60,573 bases of DNA, filler included, from 7 parts of 7 records of this genome joined end to end with filler, not necessarily neighbours in it, one strand, 5' to 3'; positions 10,931-19,786 are shown, counted from the whole stretch's first letter. Notes: generated from the sequence alone by a model not told the origin. Made by a program: numbers and translations.

Positions 10931-11035
10931 CGAACAGGCTTATTGCATGAATCTTAGATAAGTTTTCGGAAATACTGCCAGAATAGCCTGAGTTTTAGCC
11001 TTAGCCTTATATACATGCAGGTTATCATTGCCACA

Positions 11036-12091
11036 ATGAGTAAAATCATCCAGGGAGAAGCAGGCTCTTTTTATTCTTTTCTTTCAGAAGGCTGCAAGCT
11101 CTGTAAACAGGGAGCAAAGATGGTCCTTTTCATTACAGGCGTTTGCCCGAAGGATTGTTTTTATTGTCCTGTATCAGAGGAACGACGTGCTGATAACACA
11201 TACGCCAACGAAAGAAAGGTGACCTGTGACTTGGATGTACTGGAAGAAGCAAGGCAGATGAACGCCTTAGGTACAGGCATCACTGGTGGGGAACCGCTAT
11301 TAAAGCCAGACAAGGTACTGCATTACATCAACTTGCTTAAAACCGAGTTCGGCCCAGAGCACCACATACACATGTACACATCCGTGCCGGCGAACAGGGA
11401 ATTACTGGAAAAACTTGCCAGAGCAGGACTTGATGAAATCAGGTTCCATCCCCCTGTACGACTCTGGGATGACCTTGATAGTACAGAATATGGAAATTCC
11501 ATCAATTTTGCTAAAAAGTTGGGAATGGATGCAGGGATAGAGATTCCTGCAATCAAAGGGGCAGACAAAGTTGCAAGTTTTGCAAACAGGAACCATTGTT
11601 TCCTTAACCTAAATGAACTGGAATTCTCAGACACAAATGCAGAGGCAATGAAGTCAATGGGCTATGCACTCAGGGATGATATCTCAAATGCCGTTGTAGG
11701 TTCAGAGGAATGCGCAACTGAAATATCCCAACGTTGTAATATGATCCATTTTTGTTCTTCCAGCTACAAGGATGCAGTACAGCTAAGAAAAAGGCTCATC
11801 CGCATTGCAGAAACAACTGCAAGACCCTTTGATGAGATCAGCGAGGACGGAACTCTAATCTATGGAAACATAGAATGCAGCGACAGGGATGACCTGGAAA
11901 CTGTTGCACAGGTACTGTCGAAAATGAAAGTACCGTCTGATACGATGCAAACATATGAAGAAAGCATAGATATTGCATGGTGGATACTTGAGGATATTGC
12001 AGAAACTATCCGGAATAATAAAAGAAAATTATACATTATAGAAAGATATCCACTTGAAAATGGGTTAATTGTTGAAAAAATACCCCTTTAA
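11036..12091 (+). CDS. Archaeal radical SAM protein (COG2108-like, function unknown)
   Basis: GCKLC..GAKMVLFITGVCPKDCFYCP (CxxxCxxC), GITGGEP, DEIRFHP; TATA-like TTATATAC at 11007 favours ATG 11036. Confidence 0.85.
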   Translation: MSKIIQGEAGSFYSFLSEGCKLCKQGAKMVLFITGVCPKDCFYCPVSEERRADNTYANERKVTCDLDVLEEARQMNALGTGITGGEPLLKPDKVLHYINLLKTEFGPEHHIHMYTSVPANRELLEKLARAGLDEIRFHPPVRLWDDLDSTEYGNSINFAKKLGMDAGIEIPAIKGADKVASFANRNHCFLNLNELEFSDTNAEAMKSMGYALRDDISNAVVGSEECATEISQRCNMIHFCSSSYKDAVQLRKRLIRIAETTARPFDEISEDGTLIYGNIECSDRDDLETVAQVLSKMKVPSDTMQTYEESIDIAWWILEDIAETIRNNKRKLYIIERYPLENGLIVEKIPL

Positions 12092-12197
12092 ATGCTAAAT
12101 TATATATGTGAGAATGAGATAGATGGTACAATTTTCATATCCAATAAGGGTTTTAGAACTATTACAAATAAATAGTTTTATAAGATAAAATAACATA

Positions 12198-12521
12198 TTG
12201 AAGAAAGAGGTGTTTGTACTGGAAACGATTGAAGAGCGGGTAAGAGAACGGTTGGTTAAGTACCTTAGCCGCGATGATACTGGTATACGCAAAGTAGTAC
12301 TGAAGTTGTTCCTTAACGGTGATAAGTTCACTACAGGAGACGTGTACGAGCATCTGCATAAAACGGATTTTGAAGTAAGCTACAGAGGCGTTTCAGCCAT
12401 GGTTGGCCTTATGAATACAAGGCTGGGAATTCTAAGTATCGATGTAACAGGAGATCACAATATATACCTTCTAAAAGAAGACTACAGAGATATTGTAAGA
12501 TCCGTTCTCGATAATTACTAA
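12198..12521 (+). CDS. DUF2551-like winged-helix protein (start may be CTG 12219)
   Basis: YLSRDDTGIRK...SYRGVSAMVGLMNTRLGIL resembles the methanogen DUF2551 family. Confidence 0.7.
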   Translation: MKKEVFVLETIEERVRERLVKYLSRDDTGIRKVVLKLFLNGDKFTTGDVYEHLHKTDFEVSYRGVSAMVGLMNTRLGILSIDVTGDHNIYLLKEDYRDIVRSVLDNY

Positions 12522-12573
12522 TAAGCTTCTTTTTCTTTTTAGCTTGTAACCAAAATAAAATTGAATCTCTTTA

Positions 12574-13452
12574 ATGGGAGTGTCATCAATATTTGAACGC
12601 ATACACGAAATAGCGTATAAGGGATACGAACTTCTGCTCACCCAGGAAGTCCAAAATGAAGACGTCCCACGACATGTTGCCATTATTATGGATGGAAACC
12701 GCAGATATGCAAAAAAGCGTGGAAAAATAACATCGTTTGGACATCGAGTGGGAGCAGACGTTACTGAATACGTAATAGACTGGGCATGCAAACTTGGCGT
12801 TGAATACCTGACAATTTATGCTTTTTCAACTGAAAACTTTAACAGATCAGACGATGAAAAAGGCAAGCTTTTTGATCTTATCAGGGTCAAATTTGATGAG
12901 ATAGTCATAGATGAAAGAACCCATGAAAGAAAGATGCGTGTCCATGCAATAGGGGACATTGAGAAACTACCTGGATCCTTAAAAGAATCAATTAACAATG
13001 TGGAACTTGTGACATCCGAATATAATAAGTTCAACCTTATTGTTGCAATTGCTTATGGAGGCAGGCAGGAGATTGTTCAGGCAGTCAGGGATATTGCGAG
13101 TAAAGTTGAAGCAGGTGAAGTAGATCCAGATGATATAACTGAAAATACCATATCCAGCCACCTGTACCCCTCAGGTCACGCAGCTTTACCTGATGTTGAC
13201 CTTATTATCCGCACAGGAGGGGATGAAAGAGTTTCAAATTTCCTTCCATGGCAGGCAAATGGAAGTGAATGTGCAGCATATTTCTGTGCACCCTACTGGC
13301 CGGAATTCCGTAAAATAGATTTGCTTCGCTCAATACGAGTCTACCAGTCCCGCATGAGAGATAAACGTCGGCATACAGCCACCCGTGCCGCACACTTCCT
13401 CAAAGCCCTTGGACAGGTAGAAATTGAAGAGGTCAGACAACACTCTAAATAA
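12574..13452 (+). CDS. uppS: Polyprenyl (undecaprenyl) diphosphate synthase, cis-prenyltransferase
   Basis: PRHVAIIMDGNRRYA, YAFSTENFNRS, AYGGRQEI, DLIIRTGGDERVSNFLPWQ. Confidence 0.96.
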   Translation: MGVSSIFERIHEIAYKGYELLLTQEVQNEDVPRHVAIIMDGNRRYAKKRGKITSFGHRVGADVTEYVIDWACKLGVEYLTIYAFSTENFNRSDDEKGKLFDLIRVKFDEIVIDERTHERKMRVHAIGDIEKLPGSLKESINNVELVTSEYNKFNLIVAIAYGGRQEIVQAVRDIASKVEAGEVDPDDITENTISSHLYPSGHAALPDVDLIIRTGGDERVSNFLPWQANGSECAAYFCAPYWPEFRKIDLLRSIRVYQSRMRDKRRHTATRAAHFLKALGQVEIEEVRQHSK

Positions 13453-13480
13453 GAAAGAAAAAGATTTTTTCATTTATTTA

Positions 13481-13504
13481 GGTGAACCCTTCTTCAGGGT
13501 CACC
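13481..13504. terminator. Hairpin between convergent uppS and tRNA
   Basis: GGTGAACCCT-TCTTC-AGGGTCACC imperfect inverted repeat in T-rich context. Confidence 0.35.
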
Positions 13505-13642
13505 CATAATACACTAATTTTATATTTATTTTTGTAACCCAAGTTTGAAAGTCAAAATCAGGCTATTTTTTTAATTTATATCAAATTGCCCACAAGTAAA
13601 TGTAAACATGTCTTGGAAAGAAACTAAGAAAAATAGAGAATC

Positions 13643-13672
13643 TGGTGCGGGAGGTGTGATTCGAACACACGA
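13643..13672 (-). tRNA. 3' end of a tRNA (probably Leu), truncated by contig end
   Basis: Minus strand TCGTGTGTTCGAATCACACCTCCCGCACCA = T-arm, acceptor 3' strand, discriminator A and CCA; anticodon not visible. Confidence 0.8.
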
Positions 13673-13772
13673 NNNNNNNNNNNNNNNNNNNNNNNNNNNN
13701 NNNNNNNNNNNNNNNNTTAATTAATTAANNNNNNNNNNNNNNNNNNNNNNNNNNNNNNNNNNNNNNNNNNNN
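13673..13772. other. Artificial contig linker
   Basis: N-run + TTAATTAATTAA (stops in all six frames) + N-run, 100 nt. Confidence 0.99.
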
Positions 13773-14228
13773 TTCTCCCTTCCCGTGGACGACTTCATCG
13801 AATCCGCCTGGTACGGGGACAGACGCAGTTATCTCTATGCCGACGGCGAGAAGGCCCGGTCGGTTCACAACGGCCTCGACCTGGCCGCCGCCACGGGTAC
13901 GGAGATCCGATGTCCCATAGAGGGGAAGGTGGTCATGGCCAAAGAGCGGATCATTACGGGATGGACCGTGGTTCTCGAGCATCTGCCGGGCGTTTACACC
14001 CTCTACTATCATCTGGACCGGATGGACGTGTCTGTCGGAGAAATGCTGAAAACGGGGGACCTTATGGGGACCGTAGGTTCCACCGGGCTGGTGACGGGGC
14101 CCCACCTCCACTGGGAAATGAGGGTGAACACAATTCCTGTTGATCCAAAGCGTTATTTATCCTATCCCCTTATTGACAAAGACGGGATATTGACCATAAT
14201 TAACGGTACTAAAGAACAAGGGAGGTGA
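13773..14228 (+). CDS. M23 family metallopeptidase (5'-truncated)
   Basis: HNGLDLAA (HxxxD), YYHL, GSTGLVTGPHLHWE (HxH). Confidence 0.92.
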   Translation, partial: FSLPVDDFIESAWYGDRRSYLYADGEKARSVHNGLDLAAATGTEIRCPIEGKVVMAKERIITGWTVVLEHLPGVYTLYYHLDRMDVSVGEMLKTGDLMGTVGSTGLVTGPHLHWEMRVNTIPVDPKRYLSYPLIDKDGILTIINGTKEQGR

Positions 14229-14234
14229 TTTCGT

Positions 14235-14435
14235 ATCGCCAACATAAGAATCAGTGATGATGAGCCCCTGGAAAAGGCAATCAAGCGGTTCAAAAGAATG
14301 GTTGAAAAAGAAGGTATTATCCGCGAATGGAAAAAACGCGAATATTATGAGAAGCCTTCCACCATCAAGAATCGTAAAAAGAAAGCCATGATCCGGAAGC
14401 ATGCTAAGAAGCTGCGGAAGACCCAGGGCAGATAA
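14235..14435 (+). CDS. rpsU: 30S ribosomal protein bS21, 66 aa, apparent ATC start; missing from ORF track
   Basis: Translates (M)[76 protein letters not shown] at 14221-14229. Confidence 0.95.
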   Translation: MANIRISDDEPLEKAIKRFKRMVEKEGIIREWKKREYYEKPSTIKNRKKKAMIRKHAKKLRKTQGR

Positions 14436-14482
14436 TTGGAATCTTCGCTTCAGGCGGGGTATTCCTCATATCACTTAAAAAC

Positions 14483-14514
14483 AGAGCTCCCATCCAGGGG
14501 GCTCTTTTTGTTTT
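14483..14514 (+). terminator. Rho-independent terminator after rpsU
   Basis: AGAGCTCCC-ATCCA-GGGGGCTCT followed by a T-tract. Confidence 0.8.
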
Positions 14515-14663
14515 CCCTTTTTTCGGCTGAAGAGGGCTGTCCCGAAGGTGGTTCCGGCAGGCTCCGAGGGGGCTGCTTTTTCTCTGGATTACCTCGCCCG
14601 CGGGCGGGTACGGCGGAGGGCTCCGGTCTTTTCGCTACAGCCTTTCCGTGCTACTATGAGCCC

Positions 14664-15101
14664 ATGGTTTTGTGGATACTCTACCTGATGGCGGCAGTTC
14701 TCGTTATCTGTGCCGCGGTTGCGCTCTTTTTTTTCCGGATAAGGAAAAAGAGAGAGTATAAAACCAATCTTCGCCTCAACCAGACCCTGCAGCAGCTGAT
14801 CAGTCAGGATCAGTACGAATACTATCTGGTGGATGTCCGTTCGGAAGGTGAGTTCCGTAAAGGGCATATTCCCACGGCGGTCAACGTTCCCTACGGAGAA
14901 TTGAACTCCTATCTTCCCACGGACGATCTGTTTGCCAACATAGTTGTTTACGGGCGATCTCCCCTTCAGTCTTCCCGGGCTGCGGGTATCCTCAGCGATG
15001 CGGGCTACTTCAACGTCACCAGTTTCGGACCCGTCTTTCGCTGGAGAGGTCCCGTTTCAAGGGGAAACGACACAGGGGAAGATCAGAAAAAAAGCGTCTA
15101 G
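14664..15101 (+). CDS. Membrane-anchored rhodanese-like domain protein (start moved to ATG 14664)
   Basis: N-terminal TM helix, LVDVRSEGEFRKGHIPTAVNVP; the ORF-track extension runs through a terminator. Confidence 0.85.
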   Translation: MVLWILYLMAAVLVICAAVALFFFRIRKKREYKTNLRLNQTLQQLISQDQYEYYLVDVRSEGEFRKGHIPTAVNVPYGELNSYLPTDDLFANIVVYGRSPLQSSRAAGILSDAGYFNVTSFGPVFRWRGPVSRGNDTGEDQKKSV

Positions 15102-15257
15102 TTCGCTGCGTTCCCCCCCTCCCGAGCCTCCTGACGAAACAGTTCTGTCCTCAAGCGCATATATTGATTATATTGATAGGAAAGGCCCTTAGGCCCTATC
15201 CGAAAAAAACCATCAGGGCTCCCGTGAGCGCCCTGGTAGGATATTGGAGTAACTAGT

Positions 15258-18209
15258 ATGCCAGCAATCAAACATCCCGATTCCTATACCCTGATCTCCA
15301 CCGACGATCTGAAGGAGTACAGGGGGAAAGGCCTGCTTTTCGAACATAAGAAGACGGGTTGTCAGATATATCATGTGTTCAACGATGACGAAGAGAACCT
15401 TTTTTCCTTCGCCTTCAGAACCCCTCCCAAGGACAGCACCGGGGTCGCTCATATTCTGGAGCATTCAGTGCTCTGCGGCTCAAAAAACTTTCCTGTCAAG
15501 GATCCCTTCCTTTCCATGATGAAGGGGAGCGTCAACACCTTCCTCAACGCCATGACCTATCCCGACAAGACCCTCTATCCCGCCGCCAGTGTGCTGGAGA
15601 AGGACTTTTTCAACCTTATGGACGTCTATGGCGACGCGGTCTTCTTTCCCCGTCTGAATGAGGAGGTGTTCCGTCAGGAGGGGCATCGCCTGGAGATGGA
15701 CGACGAGGGAAAGCTCGTCCGCACGGGGATCGTCTACAATGAGATGAAGGGGAACTACTCCACCCAGGACGGCATAGCCTATGAATGGTCCATCCGCTCC
15801 CTCTTTCCCGAAGGCCCTTACTCGGTGGACTCGGGGGGAGATCCCGAGGTGATCCCTCAGCTCAGCTACGAGGACTTCATGGCCTTCCATGCGGACTACT
15901 ACCATCCCTCTAACTGCCGGATCTTCCTCTACGGAAACATCCCTTCCCAGCGCTCTCTGGAGTTCCTGGACAGCCGCTTCCTCTCCTCCTTCGCAAGAAG
16001 GGAGGTCTCATCGGCCGTCCCCCTGCAGAAGAGCTGGGACAAACCGAGGATCATGGAGACCGGCTGGCCCCTGGGAGAGTCGGAATCGGAAGAGGGGAAG
16101 AGCACCATCAGTCTGAACTGGAAGATCTTTCCCTACGGCGACGCGGTAAAGACCCTGAGCATGTCCATCCTTTCGGAGATGCTGATGGGCAACGCGGGGG
16201 CGCCCCTTTACAAAGCCATCCTCCAGTCCGGACTGGGTGAGGACCTTTCTCCGGTTAGCGGCGTCGATTTCGATCTTGCGGAGGGGGCCTTTTCCGTGGG
16301 TCTCCGGGGGAGCGATCCCGACAAGGCGGAAGCCTTTCAGAGGCTTGTCTTCCGGACCCTGGAAGAGATCGTAAGCGAGGGATTTGAAGGGGACCTGATG
16401 GAAAGCTGCATGCGCCGGGTGGAATTCCGGGCCCGCGAGATTCAGGGCGGCGGCCCCTTCGGGCTGCGTCTGCTCCGAAAGGTTATGAAGGGCTGGAACT
16501 ACGGACAGAATCCCGGCGATGCCATACGCTTCGACTCTGTGATGAAGGAGCTGAGGGCTCTCGCCGCGGGGAAAGGCTACTTCGAATCCCTCCTGAAGGA
16601 GTGGATCCTGGAGAACCGTCATATGAGCCGGGTCACCGTCAAGCCGGACAAGACCATGGCGCGCCGTCAGGAGGAGGCCCTCCGGAAGGAGCTGGCCGAT
16701 CTGGCCGATGCCATGAGCGACGGGGAGAAAGAGTCTCTGGGAGAGAAAAACAGGGCTCTCAAGGCGTTCCAGGAGGCCGAAGATGAGGGGAGCGTTCCCT
16801 TTCTCTCCACCTCCGATATTCCCCGGCAGGTCAAGAAGCTGACCGTGGATGTGTCCGCCGAAGCCTCCGCCGCGGTTCTGAGTCAGAGGGTCTTCACCAA
16901 CGGTATCCTCTATAACGATATGGCCTTCTCCCTGGGGGATCTCGAGGATGAGCTGTTCCCCTATCTGCCCCTTTTCTGCAAATACATATCCGGTACGGGC
17001 CTGCCCGGCGTTCCCTATGACAAGGTCGCCACCGAACTCGCCCTGAAAACCGGCGGCTTCGGCGTCTCCGTGGAAGCGGGGCACAAGGTGGGAGACCTTC
17101 CCGAGCAGAAGCCCGAGAGCTTTCTCTATCTCCGGATGAAGATGCTGGAGGCCCAGTGCGGGGAGGCCCTGGAGCTGGCGGCCTCGCTGATGAGGAATGC
17201 CGACTTTGATAACCATGAGCGCATGGAACAGATCCTCCTTGAGCTCTGGAACGATCTGAAGTCATCTCTCCTTCCCGGAGGGCACTCCTATGTCATGATA
17301 CGCGGGGGAAGCCGTTTCAGCAGCTCGGCCCGGCGTGAGGACCTTATGTACGGCATCGGGCAGCTCCAGTTCCTGGAGGCTCTCAAGGAGAGGGACGGCC
17401 GTCTGGATGAACTCAGCCGTGTCATGAAATCCCTGCGGCGGAGGATCTTCCGTCTGGATCATCTGACCCTCAGCGTCGTGGGGGACGAGGAGATCCTTGA
17501 GAGGCGGAGCGATGCCCTGCGCGGCTTCTGGCGGGAGAACCTCGGCTCCTCTGCCGATCCCTCCGTTGAGATCTATCTGCCGGGAAACGGGCTTCCCCCG
17601 GCGGCTCCCGCTTTGAAAGAGGCCGAGGGGCTGGGGATAGCCGCCATGGTCGGCTATGTGGGAAAGACCATACGGGGTGCGGACATGGAGAGCGAGGGCT
17701 ATATCAGCGAATCCCTCCTCAGCCAGCTGATGAAGACCGGACCTCTGTGGGAGAAGATCAGGATGAAGGGCGGCGCCTACGGCGCGTTCAGTTCCAATTC
17801 GGGACTGGACAGGACCTTTACCTTCGCCACCTATCGGGATCCCGAGATAGGGGCCTCCCTGGACGCGTTCCGGGAGAGCCTGGAAGAGTTCTCGGGCTTT
17901 GACGATGCCGAGGAACTGGACAAGGCCGTGATCTCGGTAGCCGGAAAGGAGCTGAAGCCCCAGTCTCCTTCGGAGAAGAGCATGATCGCCATGAAACGGC
18001 GGCTCTACAGCATCTCCGACAGCCTCAGGCAACGGAACCGGGACCGCCTCCTGGCCTGCGGATGCGCCGATGTGGCGGGCTGCTCCCGGGAGCTGTTAGG
18101 CCGATGGGACGAGGACGGGGTGACCGTCATGGGTCATCCCGAGCGGCTGGATGAAGCGGCCGACCGATGGCCGGGACTGAAGGATAACCGCATCAATCTT
18201 CCCCAGTAG
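15258..18209 (+). CDS. Insulinase family M16C peptidase (presequence protease-like)
   Basis: TGVAHILEHSVLCGS (HxxEH), FLNAMTYPDKT, GIVYNEMKG, IRMKGGAYG, TYRDP. Confidence 0.95.
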   Translation: MPAIKHPDSYTLISTDDLKEYRGKGLLFEHKKTGCQIYHVFNDDEENLFSFAFRTPPKDSTGVAHILEHSVLCGSKNFPVKDPFLSMMKGSVNTFLNAMTYPDKTLYPAASVLEKDFFNLMDVYGDAVFFPRLNEEVFRQEGHRLEMDDEGKLVRTGIVYNEMKGNYSTQDGIAYEWSIRSLFPEGPYSVDSGGDPEVIPQLSYEDFMAFHADYYHPSNCRIFLYGNIPSQRSLEFLDSRFLSSFARREVSSAVPLQKSWDKPRIMETGWPLGESESEEGKSTISLNWKIFPYGDAVKTLSMSILSEMLMGNAGAPLYKAILQSGLGEDLSPVSGVDFDLAEGAFSVGLRGSDPDKAEAFQRLVFRTLEEIVSEGFEGDLMESCMRRVEFRAREIQGGGPFGLRLLRKVMKGWNYGQNPGDAIRFDSVMKELRALAAGKGYFESLLKEWILENRHMSRVTVKPDKTMARRQEEALRKELADLADAMSDGEKESLGEKNRALKAFQEAEDEGSVPFLSTSDIPRQVKKLTVDVSAEASAAVLSQRVFTNGILYNDMAFSLGDLEDELFPYLPLFCKYISGTGLPGVPYDKVATELALKTGGFGVSVEAGHKVGDLPEQKPESFLYLRMKMLEAQCGEALELAASLMRNADFDNHERMEQILLELWNDLKSSLLPGGHSYVMIRGGSRFSSSARREDLMYGIGQLQFLEALKERDGRLDELSRVMKSLRRRIFRLDHLTLSVVGDEEILERRSDALRGFWRENLGSSADPSVEIYLPGNGLPPAAPALKEAEGLGIAAMVGYVGKTIRGADMESEGYISESLLSQLMKTGPLWEKIRMKGGAYGAFSSNSGLDRTFTFATYRDPEIGASLDAFRESLEEFSGFDDAEELDKAVISVAGKELKPQSPSEKSMIAMKRRLYSISDSLRQRNRDRLLACGCADVAGCSRELLGRWDEDGVTVMGHPERLDEAADRWPGLKDNRINLPQ

Positions 18210-18218
18210 AATCGCCTG

Positions 18219-19397
18219 TTAAAGGGCGGCTCCGGCTTTCTTCGCGGAGGGTCGGAGCTGCAGGAGCAGGAGTCCCGTGAAGATCAGAGTCGTCCTCAGG
18301 TTATCCTGATGGAAGAAGAGGACGTTTATCGCAATCATCGCCACCCAGAGCATGCCCTGGATCCTCCAGAACCAGCTCAGGGCGGCCTCCCTGTTCTTCA
18401 CAAGCAGGATGCCCGCCACCAGGTAGAAGGGGTGGATCAGAAGGACGTTGATATTCTCCCGGGCCACCTGATGGTCCGTGAAGAAGGAGATGAACCAGAG
18501 CAGAAGTCCCGTAAGGCTCAGGAGGATCATAAGGATCATAAACAGGACGGCCGCCGCCTTTCTCCCCCTTCCTTTACGGCGGAAGCGGGCGAGTTGGAGC
18601 AGGAACAGCAGACCTCCCGATACAAGACCCGTGAACAGGGCCGGCAGGGCATGGGAGGAGGGCTTTTCGGGAATGGACGGGCCCCCCGATGCCTGCGAGA
18701 GGATGAGCTTTTCCGTCACAAGGGGGCCTCCGCCTACACTGAGGGCGTCAACGTGCTTCATCAGTTCATCCGGGAGGAACATGGTCTCCCACTCCGTAAC
18801 GGGTCTGTCTATCGTCCGCCCCTGGAGGAAGGAGAGGAGCCAGTCGGTAAAGAAGGCATGGCCGCTGTAGCGGCGGAAGGAGTTTCGAAAGCTTGTGCCG
18901 GCTGGCCTGTCCGTGGCCTCCCTCAAGGCTCCGCCGACGGCGTCGTTGAGAATATCCCTGGGACGAGTGGAGCAGTTATCCAGATAGTGGTGATAGAGGT
19001 AGACGTTGTTACCCGGTTTTACCCCTTCCTCAAGAGAGTCTCTCATCCGTCTGATCGTTTCCTGGGGGAGGTCCAGGCGCTGGAGGGTCACATCCCTGTC
19101 TTCATTGACAATGTAATTCAGATAGGCCCTGGAGGAGACGCCTATCTTGAGGTAGTTGAGCCTGCCCATGCCGAAATCCCAGTAGAAATCATCTGACTCA
19201 AAAGAGAAATTTCCGAAGTCGTAGAACCTTCCCCGCCCCTTCTCGTTTTCAATGATAATGCCCGTATGGCCGAACCAGGCGTAGAGCTCCTTTCCGGGGC
19301 CCACGGTCAGCAGTGAACAGGACAGAGTCTTTTCGGTCGCGGAGAGGAAAAGGGACATACCGAGAAGCTGAAGAAGAATCAAAAATCTGCGTTTCAT
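18219..19397 (-). CDS. DUF4105 / Lnb-like membrane protein (putative lipoprotein N-acyltransferase)
   Basis: Signal peptide, LLTVGPG.ELYAWFGH, YDFG.F.F, Y.YHHYLDNCSTR, C-terminal TM bundle. Confidence 0.75.
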   Translation of the reverse strand: MKRRFLILLQLLGMSLFLSATEKTLSCSLLTVGPGKELYAWFGHTGIIIENEKGRGRFYDFGNFSFESDDFYWDFGMGRLNYLKIGVSSRAYLNYIVNEDRDVTLQRLDLPQETIRRMRDSLEEGVKPGNNVYLYHHYLDNCSTRPRDILNDAVGGALREATDRPAGTSFRNSFRRYSGHAFFTDWLLSFLQGRTIDRPVTEWETMFLPDELMKHVDALSVGGGPLVTEKLILSQASGGPSIPEKPSSHALPALFTGLVSGGLLFLLQLARFRRKGRGRKAAAVLFMILMILLSLTGLLLWFISFFTDHQVARENINVLLIHPFYLVAGILLVKNREAALSWFWRIQGMLWVAMIAINVLFFHQDNLRTTLIFTGLLLLQLRPSAKKAGAAL

Positions 19398-19484
19398 TAT
19401 TGCCTCCGGGGCCGATCTGGTGTCAAAGCCCTCATATATTACGTCAGGAGACCTTTTTTTTCCAGCTAAGAGGCGAAAATCTAT

Positions 19485-19512
19485 TTCACAGCTGAGTGCA
19501 ATATGGTAGAAT
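19485..19512 (+). promoter_or_regulatory. Sigma70-type promoter of the histone gene
   Basis: TTCACA-16 nt-TAGAAT with extended -10 TG; SD AAGGAG at 19533. Confidence 0.6.
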
Positions 19513-19545
19513 AGGCGCTATCAAATTGGCATAAGGAGCAATTTT

Positions 19546-19731
19546 ATGGCCGAAAAAGAAACCCTGGTGGTATCATCTAAGGTTAAAAACTACATCAAGA
19601 GCAATGGTGATCTGAAGTGTTCTGCCAAAGTCATCGATGTTCTGTCAGACAAAATCAGAGAGATGTGTGACGCTGCAATCGAGAATGCAAAAAACGATAA
19701 AAGAAAAACCGTTCAGGAGAAGGACTTCTAA
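19546..19731 (+). CDS. Bacterial histone-fold protein (Bd0055/HLp-like)
   Basis: LVVSSKVKNYIK...SAKVIDVLS...AIENAKNDKRKTVQEKDF: three-helix histone fold with RKTxxxxD signature. Confidence 0.88.
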   Translation: MAEKETLVVSSKVKNYIKSNGDLKCSAKVIDVLSDKIREMCDAAIENAKNDKRKTVQEKDF

Positions 19732-19757
19732 GAGTTCCCTTGCGTTCTGAATGAAAG

Positions 19758-19786
19758 AGGCTGCCCTTCGGGGCGGCTTTTTTTTT
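19758..19786 (+). terminator. Rho-independent terminator after the histone gene
   Basis: AGGCTGCCC-TTCG-GGGCGGCTT followed by a T-run. Confidence 0.9.

Noticed and set aside
13785-14435. M23 peptidase-bS21 fusion by TGA readthrough or selenocysteine
   Set aside because: The frames are continuous, but the TGA is part of a strong SD, no SECIS-like hairpin is evident and a fusion makes no functional sense. Independent initiation is simpler.
14436-14663. N-terminal extensions in the ORF track (rhodanese; also xseB 4073-4198 and the 2Fe-2S subunit 37189-37395)
   Set aside because: They run through terminators or neighbouring genes, and better SD/promoter-supported starts lie downstream.
16008-19196. 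Long antisense ORFs (e.g. 16008-17216, 18309-19196; also 42490-43722, 59864-60529)
   Set aside because: Shadow frames of GC-rich genes with no recognisable motifs.
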